Below, one piece after another: positions 1-11,340 of a DNA stretch of 64,000 bases; within the stretch, counting starts at the first letter, position 1; every line of letters begins with the position of its first letter. The notes beneath the pieces were generated by a model. The model was not told the DNA's origin and made no database searches. It saw only the letters and a program-made list of their open reading frames with translations. This DNA is from Candidatus Poribacteria bacterium. Its GTDB lineage: Bacteria > Poribacteria > WGA-4E > WGA-3G. The DNA lies in NCBI GenBank assembly GCA_965205025.1, contig CBDBFU010000020.1, positions 1 through 64,000 on the forward strand. The letters are read 5' to 3'. The translations under genes and the position numbers were made by a program.

Positions 1-1103
1 TCAAGTTGTCAGACATCCTGCATGAGCTTTTCAAAATCGGTTTGTTCGACTACTTCTAATTTTTCAAATTCTTCTATTGCACGTTATTTTCGGGTATCCA
101 ATTCGGTATCTATATTTACATTTTCTCGTTGCAGGAACTCTTCAAAGTCTTCAGAGTCTGGTATAGGTGCGTTTGGATCCCACCATTCCTCAGGAGGTAA
201 TGCTTCACCTTCTCCACATTATCTTTCGGAACGCTTCACGGATGATAGGTTCCGGTTTCTCTGTAAGTTGCTTTCCCATTTTATCAATGTAAATAACCTC
301 AATTCCTTTCGGTTCAATTCCTATGAAGATTAGATTAAAACTTTGTACAGCGTTAAGTCGCGTGCCAAGAAACTGAGCGCCACTTTTCCTACGTTGAACA
401 TAGACAACAGCCCGATCCCGATAAACAGGAAGGAGCTTGTCTCCGATATGGAAACCTCCTGTAACTGGTTCATTTACTGTGCGTTCCATCGCGTGCTTCC
501 GTTTTAGAAAAAGAAACTGGTTTTTAAGATATAATGCTTTGAGTCTCTCTATGTCTGTTTCAGGAATTCCAAACGTCTCTGAATACAACTTCCTAACACT
601 TGGAAGGTCAAGTTGATCCGTTGCAGTTCTCATATCCATATACTGAGCATATTCACCATAATTGAGGATAGTATAACCCTTATCAAGCACACTTTGCAGC
701 CACTGTTCGGGAGGATATCTTTTATCAATCCTTCTATGCCTTTCACTTTGGAGGTACGCTACATGATATGACTCCATGAGTGCCTCAACGGTTTGCGGAC
801 CTTGATGCCAGAACATCATGGTTGCCCACAAAACCTTTCGTGTTAATTTAGGAATTGTAGTACCATCAAAGTAGGTACCAGCAGCATCAGTCTTGATAGA
901 ATTCTTATCGGTTTTAGTTACAGTATTGTTTTTTGGTGGGTGTATATCTCGACCTCCCCATTTGGTGAGATTCCTGCCGCAACAATATCATCTGGAAACT
1001 CACTTTTATTAAAATTAGGGGTTGTTATCACATCGAGAATGAGGAAAGTACCGAGGATAAAAATCAAACCGCCTATTATTAGACCTCCAATAAAAAGTTT
1101 CAT
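1..1103 (-). pseudogene. Decayed gene for an N-terminally membrane-anchored hypothetical protein (ORF-track pieces 918..1103 and 205..831 plus a downstream remnant running off the window)
   Basis: The TM-containing 918..1103 frame joins the 205..831 frame by a shift near the T-run at about 929-934 (NTVTKTDKNS...KVLWATMM). After 205 the reading EWWDPNAPIPDSEDFEEFLQ continues through further frameshifts and in-frame TAA/TGA stops. Confidence 0.6.
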
Positions 1104-1156
1104 TTCATATTTCCTTTACCAAATTACGTTTATCCGACTTTAGAGATAGTTAAAAT

Positions 1157-1837
1157 TCAGCGAATTACCCTGACAATTTTTATACTTTTTAGGTGGGATT
1201 TTAATTCATCATAGTTCTTAGGTGTTCTGCCGTTCTGTGAAGACATTTCTACTTGTTCTAACACACTTCTGTGCATCTTACTTGGATATAATACATAAAT
1301 TGCTTTCGCGAAAGCTCTACTATCTTCTCCCATCAGGACGAACTCAGATCCGATCTCCCCAGGACCGCCTTTTATCCAAATATCTGGATTTCTCATTATT
1401 TTCTCTCTAGTCTCGCGTGCCTCCTTTATTGTCATTCCCATAAATCCATTAAAAAGAGGCATAATAATTTCATCTTCTATATCTATTTTTTGGATAGACT
1501 TGTTCAGATGTGACGATTTCTCTGTAGGAAGCAGTGCTTGAGTGGAGGTGTTCGATTGATTTGTTTCTTCTAAATTATCCGCGTATGAATGTGGGTGAGT
1601 GTGTTCGTTCTCTACCTCCACACTATTAGTTATGTTCTTAACTAAGGCTGAATCTGTAGGTATGGAATCGTCATCTTCAGACACTTCAGGTATGTCTACG
1701 GTGTCAACAGATGGGGTATTGGAAGTATGGTTTACCGAGTAGATATCCATAAAGCGTTCTATATCATACTTTAAGTATAGCATCCAAACCGTAACCAAGG
1801 CGATTGCAAGTATGGTTGAATAAATAAGTCTTCTCAT
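1157..1837 (-). CDS. Hypothetical protein with N-terminal signal/TM anchor and low-complexity linker
   Basis: Open frame; hydrophobic MRRLIYSTILAIALVTVWMLYL directly after the ATG at 1837, preferred to the 1933 start. Confidence 0.65.
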   Translation of the reverse strand: MRRLIYSTILAIALVTVWMLYLKYDIERFMDIYSVNHTSNTPSVDTVDIPEVSEDDDSIPTDSALVKNITNSVEVENEHTHPHSYADNLEETNQSNTSTQALLPTEKSSHLNKSIQKIDIEDEIIMPLFNGFMGMTIKEARETREKIMRNPDIWIKGGPGEIGSEFVLMGEDSRAFAKAIYVLYPSKMHRSVLEQVEMSSQNGRTPKNYDELKSHLKSIKIVRVIR

Positions 1838-1968
1838 TCGTGTTCTCACTGTTCTAAATTTTGGACATCTACGCGTTGTGTTAGTTAACATTTGGTATGT
1901 TAACATTTCATATATTCGTCTCGTTTGAGTCAAAATTTAGCAACTTTTTCTATACCGATGACCTCTAC

Positions 1969-2033
1969 TGTAGGAGCGACCTCCTGGTCGCTCCTACAAG
2001 TAAAGTGTTTAATTAAATCTAAAATTTACTATA
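1969..2033. repeat. GTAG-type REP palindrome with AT-rich tail (copy 1 of 2)
   Basis: TGTAGGAGCGACC-tcct-GGTCGCTCCTACA then agtaaagtgt..aattaaatctaaaatttactata; near-identical tail at 54731-54765. Confidence 0.8.
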
Positions 2034-2096
2034 CATTACGAATACTGTATTGGTTAGACACACCAATGTAGAATATTTTTAATTCCAAATTATTTC

Positions 2097-3122
2097 TCAA
2101 TTTAACTTTGCTACTTCTTCATTTGCACGTTTTACCAAAGCATTCATATATGCAATTGTATAAGCAGTTCCAATACGATGGTCACCTGCCATGCTGGGGA
2201 TATGGTCAGGAATCATTACACCATTGAAATCAACTTCTCGTAAGACTTTGGCAACTTGGTACATATCCTGATAGCCATTATCAACAAATGTTTCGACAAA
2301 ATGAGGTAACGGTTGATCTACATTCCTAAAATGAACCTTAAAGATCTTACCGCGTTCACCGAAATATCTAATAGATTCTAAGACATCTTTACCCATTAGA
2401 TCTCCACCTTCAAGCCAGCATCCGACACAGAAACACATCCCAACATTCGGACTATCAGCGATTTCAAGAGCACGTTTGTATCCTTCAAAACTACTAAAGA
2501 TACATCTTGGAATTCCAGCAAGGTGTAGTGCAGGTGGATCGTCAGGATGAATACCGATCATCACTCCCGCTTCCTCTGCTACAGGAGCTGCTTGTTTGAT
2601 GAAATAGGTATAATTATCCCAGATTTCTTCCTCACTATATTCACGTCCATGAGACAATGGCATTCCGTATTTCTGACCACCCCAGTGACCTACGGTAGCA
2701 TTATCAAGGTTAAACGCACGAGCACTTGCGCCACCTCGTGTTGTCTCTCTTTCTGTACTCCAAATTCCATTACCCATATGTGCATAAGTTGTATAGGGTA
2801 TACCTGCTCTACCTAAATCACGAATATACTGTTTGTATTGTTCAATCTTAGCATCACGATTTTCTAAATTCAGAACAATTCCGTCCTGATTATGAACATC
2901 ACTGTTGCCAAACCCATATATCTTCAAACCAGCATTCTCAAAGATTTCACGACGACTCATGAAATAATCGTAATTTGCATTTGCACCATTTGTCCAGAGA
3001 ACAACATAATCTACATCCATCTGTTTTGCAAATTCCAAATCTGCCTCACTGGGTTCAGGCGACATCTGAGCAGTTACCTTCATCCCCGGATCAATATTAT
3101 CTAAAGGATTATTCTTTGCCAT
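2097..3122 (-). CDS. uxuA: Mannonate dehydratase family protein
   Basis: IHPDDPP, CVGCWLEG, KVHFRNV and IPDHIP motifs; GGAGG RBS before the ATG at 3122. Confidence 0.85.
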   Translation of the reverse strand: MAKNNPLDNIDPGMKVTAQMSPEPSEADLEFAKQMDVDYVVLWTNGANANYDYFMSRREIFENAGLKIYGFGNSDVHNQDGIVLNLENRDAKIEQYKQYIRDLGRAGIPYTTYAHMGNGIWSTERETTRGGASARAFNLDNATVGHWGGQKYGMPLSHGREYSEEEIWDNYTYFIKQAAPVAEEAGVMIGIHPDDPPALHLAGIPRCIFSSFEGYKRALEIADSPNVGMCFCVGCWLEGGDLMGKDVLESIRYFGERGKIFKVHFRNVDQPLPHFVETFVDNGYQDMYQVAKVLREVDFNGVMIPDHIPSMAGDHRIGTAYTIAYMNALVKRANEEVAKLN

Positions 3123-3169
3123 TTTAACCTCCATTGAATTCTGTAGAAATTTAAAATAGTTTAATCCAT

Positions 3170-4567
3170 CTATTCATCATCTAAAGCTTCTTCTTTTAGT
3201 CGATAAAGTTCTGAAGTTAATTCAGTGACGACATCAGCATAAGCTGGATCATCATATACACTACACATTTCATCTGGATCTTTTTCCAGATCAAAAAGTT
3301 CCCATTCTGGATCTTTCGGTTCGTCAACAGAACCGGTTGTACCGAGTGCTTCACCATAATAATAAATCAGTTTGTGCTGATGTGTTCTTATACCATAATG
3401 TGCAGGAACATAGTGGTGTGAGAGGTGCATCCAATACCGATAATACATAGATGTTCGCCAATCATCAGGTGAATTTCCTTCAAGAACAGGTCGTAAACTT
3501 GTACCCTGCATATCTTCTGGAATGTTAATTCCAGCATAATCAAGCCAGGTTTCTGCAAAGTCTATATTCAATGACATTGCATCAGTAGAACTACCTGCTT
3601 CAATTGCTTTTGGATAGCGAATAATAAAAGGCATCCGTAAAGATTCTTCATACATGAAACGCTTATCATACCACCCGTGATCCCCGAGAAAGAAACCTTG
3701 ATCAGAAGTATAAATCACCATTGTATCCTCAGCAATTCCATCTTCATCAAGGTAATCGAGTATTCTACCGACATTTTCGTCAATTGATGTGACACATCGT
3801 AGATATTCTTTGATATATCGTTGATAATTCCAATTAGCTTGTTCTTCGTCTGATAACCCTTCTGGTGGTGCACCAAGTTTTTCTATCTTTAAATCTCTAT
3901 CGTTCATATGTCCAAAGACTCGCATTTTTGCTTCTTTCGCAGCATTTGAACGGTTAGAATAATCATCAAAAAAGTTATCCGGCATAGGCACATCACCATC
4001 TTCAAACAGATCAGCGTGTTTAGGATCAGAATCCCACGGACGGTGAGGTGCTTTATGGTGACACATAAGAAAAAATGGTTGATCTTTATCTCTGTGTTGA
4101 AGCCAATCCAATGAGAAGTCAGTGATAAGAGTAGTCGCATATCCATCATACTGTGTTCTTCCACTTTCCTCAATCAAAACAGGATCATAATAAGCCCCCT
4201 GACCCGGTAATACATTCCAATAGTCAAAACCCGTTGGGTCAGCATCTCCACCATGTCCAAGATGCCATTTTCCAATCATTGCAGTCTGATATCCATCTGC
4301 TTGTAGCATCTTGGCGACATTTGGTTTTCTGCCATCAAGTGGATCACCTAAAGTCTTAACACCATTAAGGTGACTATGTTTTCCAGTTAATATATTGGCA
4401 CGACTTGGGGTACAAATAGAATTAACACAGAAACAGTTTTGTAGGATCATACCACCATCTGCAATACGATCAAGATTTGGGGTTTGGTTAATACGACTAC
4501 CATAACAGCTCATAGCATGAGATGCATGATCGTCAGACATAATAAATACTATATTAGGTCTACTCAA
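3170..4567 (-). CDS. Sulfatase (S1, Cys-type formylglycine-dependent)
   Basis: RPNIVFIMSDDH, CTPSRANILTG signature, GKWHLG, YTSDQG, DKRFMYEES. Confidence 0.92.
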   Translation of the reverse strand: MSRPNIVFIMSDDHASHAMSCYGSRINQTPNLDRIADGGMILQNCFCVNSICTPSRANILTGKHSHLNGVKTLGDPLDGRKPNVAKMLQADGYQTAMIGKWHLGHGGDADPTGFDYWNVLPGQGAYYDPVLIEESGRTQYDGYATTLITDFSLDWLQHRDKDQPFFLMCHHKAPHRPWDSDPKHADLFEDGDVPMPDNFFDDYSNRSNAAKEAKMRVFGHMNDRDLKIEKLGAPPEGLSDEEQANWNYQRYIKEYLRCVTSIDENVGRILDYLDEDGIAEDTMVIYTSDQGFFLGDHGWYDKRFMYEESLRMPFIIRYPKAIEAGSSTDAMSLNIDFAETWLDYAGINIPEDMQGTSLRPVLEGNSPDDWRTSMYYRYWMHLSHHYVPAHYGIRTHQHKLIYYYGEALGTTGSVDEPKDPEWELFDLEKDPDEMCSVYDDPAYADVVTELTSELYRLKEEALDDE

Positions 4568-4782
4568 TTCTAACTCCTTATTGAAATTGAATATATGAAC
4601 TAAATCTAATGAATTACACTTTATCTTTGTTTCTTACTTTCAATTGTAGGTTGATGAAAAGTTTGTCTGTTGATATTACACAAAAAAGGAAGATATCTCA
4701 TTGGGAATTCAGATACTAATTCTGATCTAACACCATATTATCCATGCTTTCTATATCAAGTCAATGTTTTTATAGACCCTAA

Positions 4783-4811
4783 TTGCTAACAGGTTCATTT
4801 TCTGCTATAAT
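4783..4811 (+). promoter_or_regulatory. Putative sigma70 promoter
   Basis: TTGCTA-17bp-TATAAT with extended -10 TG. Confidence 0.55.
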
Positions 4812-4914
4812 ACTACTTTGGAAATAGATTGCGGAATTAAGATCTATATAAACTGATAATTTCAATCCAACCTACATAGATCTGATCTACGAATCATAAT
4901 ATCCAAGGAGAGAA

Positions 4915-5934
4915 ATGAATACAATTGTAGATATAGTTGAAGATGCATTTTACATTAATGGAGAAATCACATACGCAGGACGTTTTTTTGAAGATAAAAA
5001 GATAGAAGGACTGCTCTTAAACAGTCGAATGGTGCAAGGAATCTTTGATGATAGAAATCCCGATACGGTAAGTCAATGGAGTTATCCTGACACAGGTAAA
5101 TGGGATGCTGAACGGAATACAAGGGAATTCTTAGCTGCTATGCCATCTTGGCGAGAGCATGGTATTTTAGCATTTACGATTAATCTACAAGGTGGAAGTC
5201 CTGAAGGATATTCAAAAGCACAACCTTGGCATAATTCAGGAATCGAAGCGGATGGAAAACTCAACCTTGACTATCTCTCTCGTTTAAAAAGAATAATTGA
5301 TTTTGCTGACGAATTAGGTATGGTTGTTATTCTTGGGTATTTTTATTTTGGACAAGATCACAGAATTAATGACGAGAACGCTGTGATACATGCTGTGGAA
5401 AATATCACCAATTGGTTGTTCGATCATAATTATGCAAATGTCATTGTTGAAGTGAATAACGAATGTAACGTACGGTATTCCCATGAGATTCTACAACCTG
5501 AGAGAGTACATGAATTGATTCAACATGTTAAATCGATTACAAGAGATGGGAAGAGATCCTTAGTCGGTACAAGTTATGGTGGTGGACGAATACCTGAAGA
5601 GAATGTAGTCAGTTCATCGGATTTTATCCTAATTCATGGAAATGGTGTCAGTGATCCAAATCGTATCGTTGAAATGGTCAAGCAAACACGCGAAGTTCCT
5701 GGATATCGTCCGATGCCAATACTATTTAATGAAGATGACCACTTTGATTTTGATAAGCCATTCAACAACTGTGTCGCTGCCATTAGTGAATATGCCTCAT
5801 GGGGTTATTTTGATCCTGGTGAAAATGACTATTGTCATGGGTATCAATCTGTACCAGTTCAATGGCAAATAAACACACCCCGGAAACAAGGTTTCTTTAA
5901 TAAGATTAAACAGATTACAGAAACTTCAGTATAG
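4915..5934 (+). CDS. Conserved hypothetical protein, glycoside-hydrolase-like TIM barrel (clan GH-A-like)
   Basis: RLKRIIDFADELGMVVILGYFY, VEVNNE (acid/base-like) and PILFNED (nucleophile-like); AGGAG RBS. Confidence 0.6.
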   Translation: MNTIVDIVEDAFYINGEITYAGRFFEDKKIEGLLLNSRMVQGIFDDRNPDTVSQWSYPDTGKWDAERNTREFLAAMPSWREHGILAFTINLQGGSPEGYSKAQPWHNSGIEADGKLNLDYLSRLKRIIDFADELGMVVILGYFYFGQDHRINDENAVIHAVENITNWLFDHNYANVIVEVNNECNVRYSHEILQPERVHELIQHVKSITRDGKRSLVGTSYGGGRIPEENVVSSSDFILIHGNGVSDPNRIVEMVKQTREVPGYRPMPILFNEDDHFDFDKPFNNCVAAISEYASWGYFDPGENDYCHGYQSVPVQWQINTPRKQGFFNKIKQITETSV

Positions 5935-5950
5935 AAAGGATTTTTAATTA

Positions 5951-6733
5951 ATGCCTGAACAAATACCACCATACTTTTTTGCTATAGCGATTGGTATTGT
6001 TGTGATGCTATTAACCAGTATCAGAATAATGAAGGAATATGAACGTGCAGTTGTGTTCCGATTAGGAAGACTCGTAGGTACACGTGGACCTGGATTAATC
6101 CTGCTAATTCCGTTCTGGATTGAACGTGTTCAACGGGTTAGTTTACGGGTAATTGTTAACGATGTCCCTCCACAAGATATCATAACAAAAGATAATGTCT
6201 CTGTAGCAGTCAATGCAGTACTTACCTACAGAGTAAAAAGCCCAGATAATGCAGTCATCGAAGTTGAAGAATTTGGATTTGCTATATCACAAGTAGCGCA
6301 AACCACCCTACGGAGTGTTTTAGGTCGTGCTGAATTAGACGATCTTCTATCTGAACGTGAAAAACTAAATGAAGATCTAAAAAATATAATTAAGGAACAG
6401 TGTGATCCCTGGGGTATAGAAGTTCATACCATGGAAATTAAACAGGTTGATTTACCTGCTGAAATGCAAAGGGCAATGGCAAAACAGGCTGAAGCTGAAA
6501 GAGAAAGACGGGCAAAGGTAACACATGCTGAAGGGGAATTCGAGTCAGCTGAGATATTAACAGATGCAGCAGAATTCCTAAGTAAGAAACCAACTGCAGT
6601 CCAATTACGATTCCTTCAAGCAATGGTAGAAGTAAGTGCAGAAAAGAATTCTACAATTGTATTCCCTATTCCAATTGATCTATTAACTCCGTTTCTTAAT
6701 CAAGGAAAAGAAAATAAGGATGAGAATGAATAG
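5951..6733 (+). CDS. SPFH/band-7 stomatin-like (slipin) protein
   Basis: [51 protein letters not shown]. Confidence 0.93.
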   Translation: MPEQIPPYFFAIAIGIVVMLLTSIRIMKEYERAVVFRLGRLVGTRGPGLILLIPFWIERVQRVSLRVIVNDVPPQDIITKDNVSVAVNAVLTYRVKSPDNAVIEVEEFGFAISQVAQTTLRSVLGRAELDDLLSEREKLNEDLKNIIKEQCDPWGIEVHTMEIKQVDLPAEMQRAMAKQAEAERERRAKVTHAEGEFESAEILTDAAEFLSKKPTAVQLRFLQAMVEVSAEKNSTIVFPIPIDLLTPFLNQGKENKDENE

Positions 6734-6772
6734 TTTTTACGATGGATGTTGGAAGGAAATGTAGGAGGGTTT

Positions 6773-7828
6773 CTACCAGTCTTCATCATAGAAGGGTGTA
6801 CTTGGATAGCTATAGACATTCCCTTCATAATTCTGTAATTTAATTTCGTCGTCATCAAAGGCAACGACTGGATTTGGGGTTAACGCAATTTTACCACCCC
6901 CGCCAGGTGCATCTATGACATAGTGTGGCACACCAAGACCAGAGATATGACCACGTAAGGCCGCGACAATATCCAAACCTGTTTGAACAGAAGTACGAAA
7001 ATGGTCAGTTCCAACAACAAGATCTGCTTGGTAGATATAATAGGGTCTTACGCGAATACGTAATAATCCTTTCATCAATTCAACCATTACATCTGGATCA
7101 TCATTGACACCTTTAAGAAGAACTGCTTGATTACCGAGTGGTATACCTGCATCAACTAACATACCACATGCCTTTTCTGTTTCAGGTGTAATTTCACGTG
7201 GATGATTAAAGTGTGTATTGATGTAAAATGGATGATATTTCTTTAATATCGCACACAATTCAGGAGTAATTCTCTGTGGTAGTGTAACCGGCACTCTGGA
7301 TCCAATTCGAATGATCTCAAGATGATCAATTTCCCTAAGACCACCAACGATCATATCAATCTTTTTGTCAGTCAACATGAGTGGATCGCCACCAGAAATA
7401 ATCACGTCTCTAATTTCCGGATGTGATCTAATGTATGACAGACCTATTTCAACATTATCTTCAGAAATAGAGTGCGGATCACCGACTTTGCGTTTTCTTG
7501 TACAGAAACGACAATAAATTGGACACATATAATTGACATAGAAAAGTGCTCTATCAGGATATCTGTGCGTTACGTTTGGAACTTCACTATCGTCTTCTTC
7601 GTGTAGTGGATCTTCAACGCCAGTACTAATTAATTCGCGTGGATCAGGAACTACTTGTTTCCAAATTGGATCTCCAGGTTTCTCAATTAAACTAAGATAA
7701 TAAGGATTAATTCGTATAGGAAATTCTTTGTGAATTCGTCTGAGTTCATCAATGTCCACATCAAAAACTGAAGCAAGTTTTTCAGGTGTATTAACTGTAT
7801 CTCTAACCAGTTGTTTCCATTCTTCCAT
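6773..7828 (-). CDS. kamA: KamA family radical SAM enzyme (lysine 2,3-aminomutase-like)
   Basis: THRYPDR, CPIYCRFCTRKR, ISGGDPL, NTHFNHPRE, NQAVLLKGVND, DAPGGGGK (PLP lysine). Confidence 0.88.
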   Translation of the reverse strand: MEEWKQLVRDTVNTPEKLASVFDVDIDELRRIHKEFPIRINPYYLSLIEKPGDPIWKQVVPDPRELISTGVEDPLHEEDDSEVPNVTHRYPDRALFYVNYMCPIYCRFCTRKRKVGDPHSISEDNVEIGLSYIRSHPEIRDVIISGGDPLMLTDKKIDMIVGGLREIDHLEIIRIGSRVPVTLPQRITPELCAILKKYHPFYINTHFNHPREITPETEKACGMLVDAGIPLGNQAVLLKGVNDDPDVMVELMKGLLRIRVRPYYIYQADLVVGTDHFRTSVQTGLDIVAALRGHISGLGVPHYVIDAPGGGGKIALTPNPVVAFDDDEIKLQNYEGNVYSYPSTPFYDEDW

Positions 7829-7871
7829 ATTTATAGACCTTTAATCCCCATTACCATAAAATGTTCAGACA

Positions 7872-8399
7872 TTATGTGGGGTCAATAGAAGTTTCTACTT
7901 CTAACATTTTATCGCCTTCTCGAAGATTATCAACAATATCAATTCCTTCAATGACTCTGCCAAATGTTGTGTAATTACCATCTAAATGTGTGTATCCATT
8001 TGTGTTTTCATTTAGGCAAATATAAAATTGACTTCCCGCAGAATCAGGTGCTGGTTTTCTTGCCATTGCAATTACACCTTTTTCATGGTTTGGCATTTTA
8101 TCTTGTAAGATTTTATCCTGAAATTCGCCAGGTATAGTCCAACCAGGTCCACCTGTGCCATTACCATCTGGGTCACCGCCTTGAATTACGAAATCTTTTA
8201 CATAACGATGGAATAATAATCCATTGTAGAAGCCTGATTCGACTAATTTTAAAAAATTCTCTACGGTAAGGGGTGCACACTCAGGGTACAGTTCAATAAT
8301 TATGTTTCCTTTATCGGTTTTTAGCGTTACAATTGGTAATTTATCTATAGTTTCTGAATAAATTAAAGTCACATATTTACACAAAGGTGTAATTTGCAT
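7872..8399 (-). CDS. Cyclophilin-type peptidyl-prolyl cis-trans isomerase (start uncertain)
   Basis: APLTVENF, FHRYVKDFVIQGGDP, AMARKPAPDSAGSQFYI, HLDGNYTTFG. Confidence 0.9.
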   Translation of the reverse strand: MQITPLCKYVTLIYSETIDKLPIVTLKTDKGNIIIELYPECAPLTVENFLKLVESGFYNGLLFHRYVKDFVIQGGDPDGNGTGGPGWTIPGEFQDKILQDKMPNHEKGVIAMARKPAPDSAGSQFYICLNENTNGYTHLDGNYTTFGRVIEGIDIVDNLREGDKMLEVETSIDPT

Positions 8400-8677
8400 T
8401 GATATCCTTATTTTTTTATTATTCGAGATTAGGTTTTGAATGAAATATACTACTGATATGAAACAAAAAATTCGATATGTCAATATTATAATTCATTATA
8501 ATTCGTAAAAATGATTGTGAAATATTGAATTAATGATACATCTGAAAAGTGGTTAAGTCAAGAATTTCTAAATGCTCACATGAAGATTTAAGTATTGATT
8601 TATATCAAGAATTGGTGGATAGATGCCGTATTTATATAATAGCCGTATTTATTTATATAATATATGATTACATTACA

Positions 8678-8706
8678 TTGACAATCGCATATTTGTATGT
8701 TACAAT
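8678..8706 (+). promoter_or_regulatory. Near-consensus sigma70 promoter of disA
   Basis: TTGACA-17bp-TACAAT with extended -10 TG, 15 bp before the GTG start. Confidence 0.7.
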
Positions 8707-8721
8707 TTAAACACTGATGGG

Positions 8722-9831
8722 GTGATTAAACTGCGTAATTTCAATTCAATAGAACATTTTGAAAACGATTTTGACAAGATTCTAAAATTACTTTCTCCGG
8801 GCACATCACTACGAGAAGGGATTGACTATATAATCCAAGGGAAGAATGGTGGATTAATTGTCATAGGCGATACCCCAGAAGTTCTAAATTTAATAGAAGA
8901 TGGTTTCAGAATTAATTGCAAATATAGTCCAACACGGTTGGCTGAACTGGCAAAAATGGATGGAGCAATTATTCTTTCATCTGATATGAAGAGAATTGTT
9001 CGGGCAAATGTTACATTGAGAATCAATCCATCAATTTCATCTAATGAAACAGGTTTACGTCATAAATCTGCTGAGAAATTTTCTAAGGATACAGGTCAGA
9101 TAGTTCTCGCGGTATCTCGACGACGACACACACTAACATTGTATTCTGAAACAGAAAGATATCAATTCCGAGATCGTACGATACTCTTATCGGGTGCCAA
9201 TCAAGCCTTCTTATCACTTAGTCTTTATATTAAGGCAATGCAAACCTCTGTTTCTTCATTAAATTGGGCAGAATTAAATGATAGTGTCACCTTAGAAAAT
9301 GTATTAACTGCAATCTGTGATTGTGAACGGGTTCGACGCACAGAAGCGGAACTCAAAAGATATAGAATTGAATTAGGTACAGAGGCACAGTCATTACATT
9401 TAATTCCTACAGATTTGTCCGAAGAAATCGCTCGTGGATTGTTAACAATTAAGGATTATAACATTCAGAATATACATGAAGAGAACGAAGTATATGAAAA
9501 GATATTCAATTTAGATGCAACTCAGTTGACATCAAAATCAGAAATAATTAATGCACTTGGATATTCAAATGTAGAATTCAGCAATGATAATGTTATTGAA
9601 CCCCGTGGATATCGAATGTTAAGTCAGATTCCACATATATCCATGAAGGTTGTAGAGAGAATTATTGAACACTTTAAAACTCTTTCTTCTATTCGGACTG
9701 CCAATATTGAAGAATTACAAAATGTAGATGGAATAGGAGAAACAAGAGCATCGGCAATTAAGGAATCCTTGATACAGATGAAAACAGGTACATCCCAACC
9801 ATCTGTAATGACATTACCTGTCTTTGAATAA
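8722..9831 (+). CDS. disA: DNA integrity scanning diadenylate cyclase DisA
   Basis: PGTSLREG, ELAKMDGAIILS, ETGLRHKSA (DAC domain), helical linker, PRGYRML and C-terminal HhH VDGIGETRA. Confidence 0.9.
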   Translation: MIKLRNFNSIEHFENDFDKILKLLSPGTSLREGIDYIIQGKNGGLIVIGDTPEVLNLIEDGFRINCKYSPTRLAELAKMDGAIILSSDMKRIVRANVTLRINPSISSNETGLRHKSAEKFSKDTGQIVLAVSRRRHTLTLYSETERYQFRDRTILLSGANQAFLSLSLYIKAMQTSVSSLNWAELNDSVTLENVLTAICDCERVRRTEAELKRYRIELGTEAQSLHLIPTDLSEEIARGLLTIKDYNIQNIHEENEVYEKIFNLDATQLTSKSEIINALGYSNVEFSNDNVIEPRGYRMLSQIPHISMKVVERIIEHFKTLSSIRTANIEELQNVDGIGETRASAIKESLIQMKTGTSQPSVMTLPVFE

Positions 9832-9978
9832 CAAACAATATTCTTGTAAGAGATTACTCATCCAAGCAGCTCTCTGCACCCAAGTGTTACGCTTTTATTG
9901 TTAAAAATTGATTCTATTCAGTAAAGAAATACACGAATTGTTAATTTATATGAAGAAAATAGGAGCAAAGAGAAAAAC

Positions 9979-11329
9979 ATGAACAGATCAAACACATCTG
10001 ATGTAAAACAACAGAAGTTCGACTTTTACCTCAATTTTAATAGGATGTTTCTTTTAGGAAGTATTCTTTTAATGATCTTTTTAATTGGTTGTGGGGGAAA
10101 ACTTGGAACGGTAAAAATCGATGAAGTACAGAGTGTTATTCTACAAGCAGAAAAAGCAATAAATGATGCTCGTGAAGTAAAAGCAGATTCACTTGCATTC
10201 GAACAGTTTGAAAGAGCAGAAACTGAACTTGAAAAGGCAAAAGAGGCATTAGAAAATAAAGATGGGGTTGTTGCTATAAGATCAGCAAATCTTGCCTATT
10301 CACATGCAAGAATGGCAAAATATGAAGCAATTCAAAATTCAAACAATGCTGTCACTAATGCAAATATTTTAGCAAAAGAGGCTGAAATTGGTGAATTAAA
10401 GAGTAATTTGCAGAATCAAAATAACAAGATCAATAATTTGGAAAAGGGGTTGCAAGAATTACAAAATACTGAGAGAAATCTAAATAATATTATCACAACT
10501 CTAAATAGTGAAAAACTTGAAATAGATCGGAAGAATAGACTGAATATTGATAAGTTATCTGAAGTTAATGAAGAATTGAATACATTAAAAAACCGTATAA
10601 CACGTTCTGAGACTGAAGTACAGAATTATGGCAATAAAGTCAAGGATCTGACTCGTAAACTTGATGCAGCAGATTCAATAGCCTAAATCAGCAAGTCGAC
10701 AGAAAAGGGCTGCGTATGCAGAAGCTGAATCTCTAAAAAAACAAATTCGAGAACAAGCTAAAAATTATACAGCCAAACTCGCCGAAGCACAAAAACGAAA
10801 TATTGCTGCTGAACATTCAGAATATTTAAGAAAACAAGCTGAGGAAGCCAGAGCGTATGTACGTCAACTTGATAGTCAGAAACCCGTTCGGACCGGTAGG
10901 ACTACTCTATCCACACAACAAATCAATAGTGGTAAAGCTGCATTAAAGAGATGGGAAAATGAATGGAGTCGTTCCAACATGAAAGCCCATCTTGCTTTCT
11001 ATGCTCCAAATCTGATAATCAATAAAGTCGTTATAATAGAAAGTAAAGATAATCCTACTATTCTAAATAGAACTCAGTTTGAATCTGAACTGAATGAAAT
11101 CAGTAAACATCCTTGGCAAAAGACTCAACAAAAAGATATATTTGAAGTTGAACAGAATAGTGTCATCGGTACATACCGGTTTAGTAGATTGGTTACCCCA
11201 GCCCAGACTGAGGATGACACTGCCTTATATCAGATATGGATCAGAGAAATCTGGGCACATCAGGTTCAAAATGAATGGAAAATATATCGAGAAACCTGGC
11301 AGATTTTTGATAATATACCAAAATTCTAA
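9979..11329 (+). CDS. Lipoprotein with DUF4398-like helical domain, coiled coil and C-terminal NTF2-like domain; split by a +1 indel near 10682
   Basis: Lipobox LIGC. Removing one C from gcc-taaa restores an open frame AKSASRQKRAAYAEAE...RWENEWSRSN that runs into ORF 10979..11329. Confidence 0.65.
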
Positions 11330-11340
11330 GGAGATGGTTA

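Noticed and set aside
1-210. In-frame TGA codons as selenocysteine sites
   Set aside because: The same frame also has a TAA and frameshifts, with no Cys-like redox context; ordinary decay explains it.
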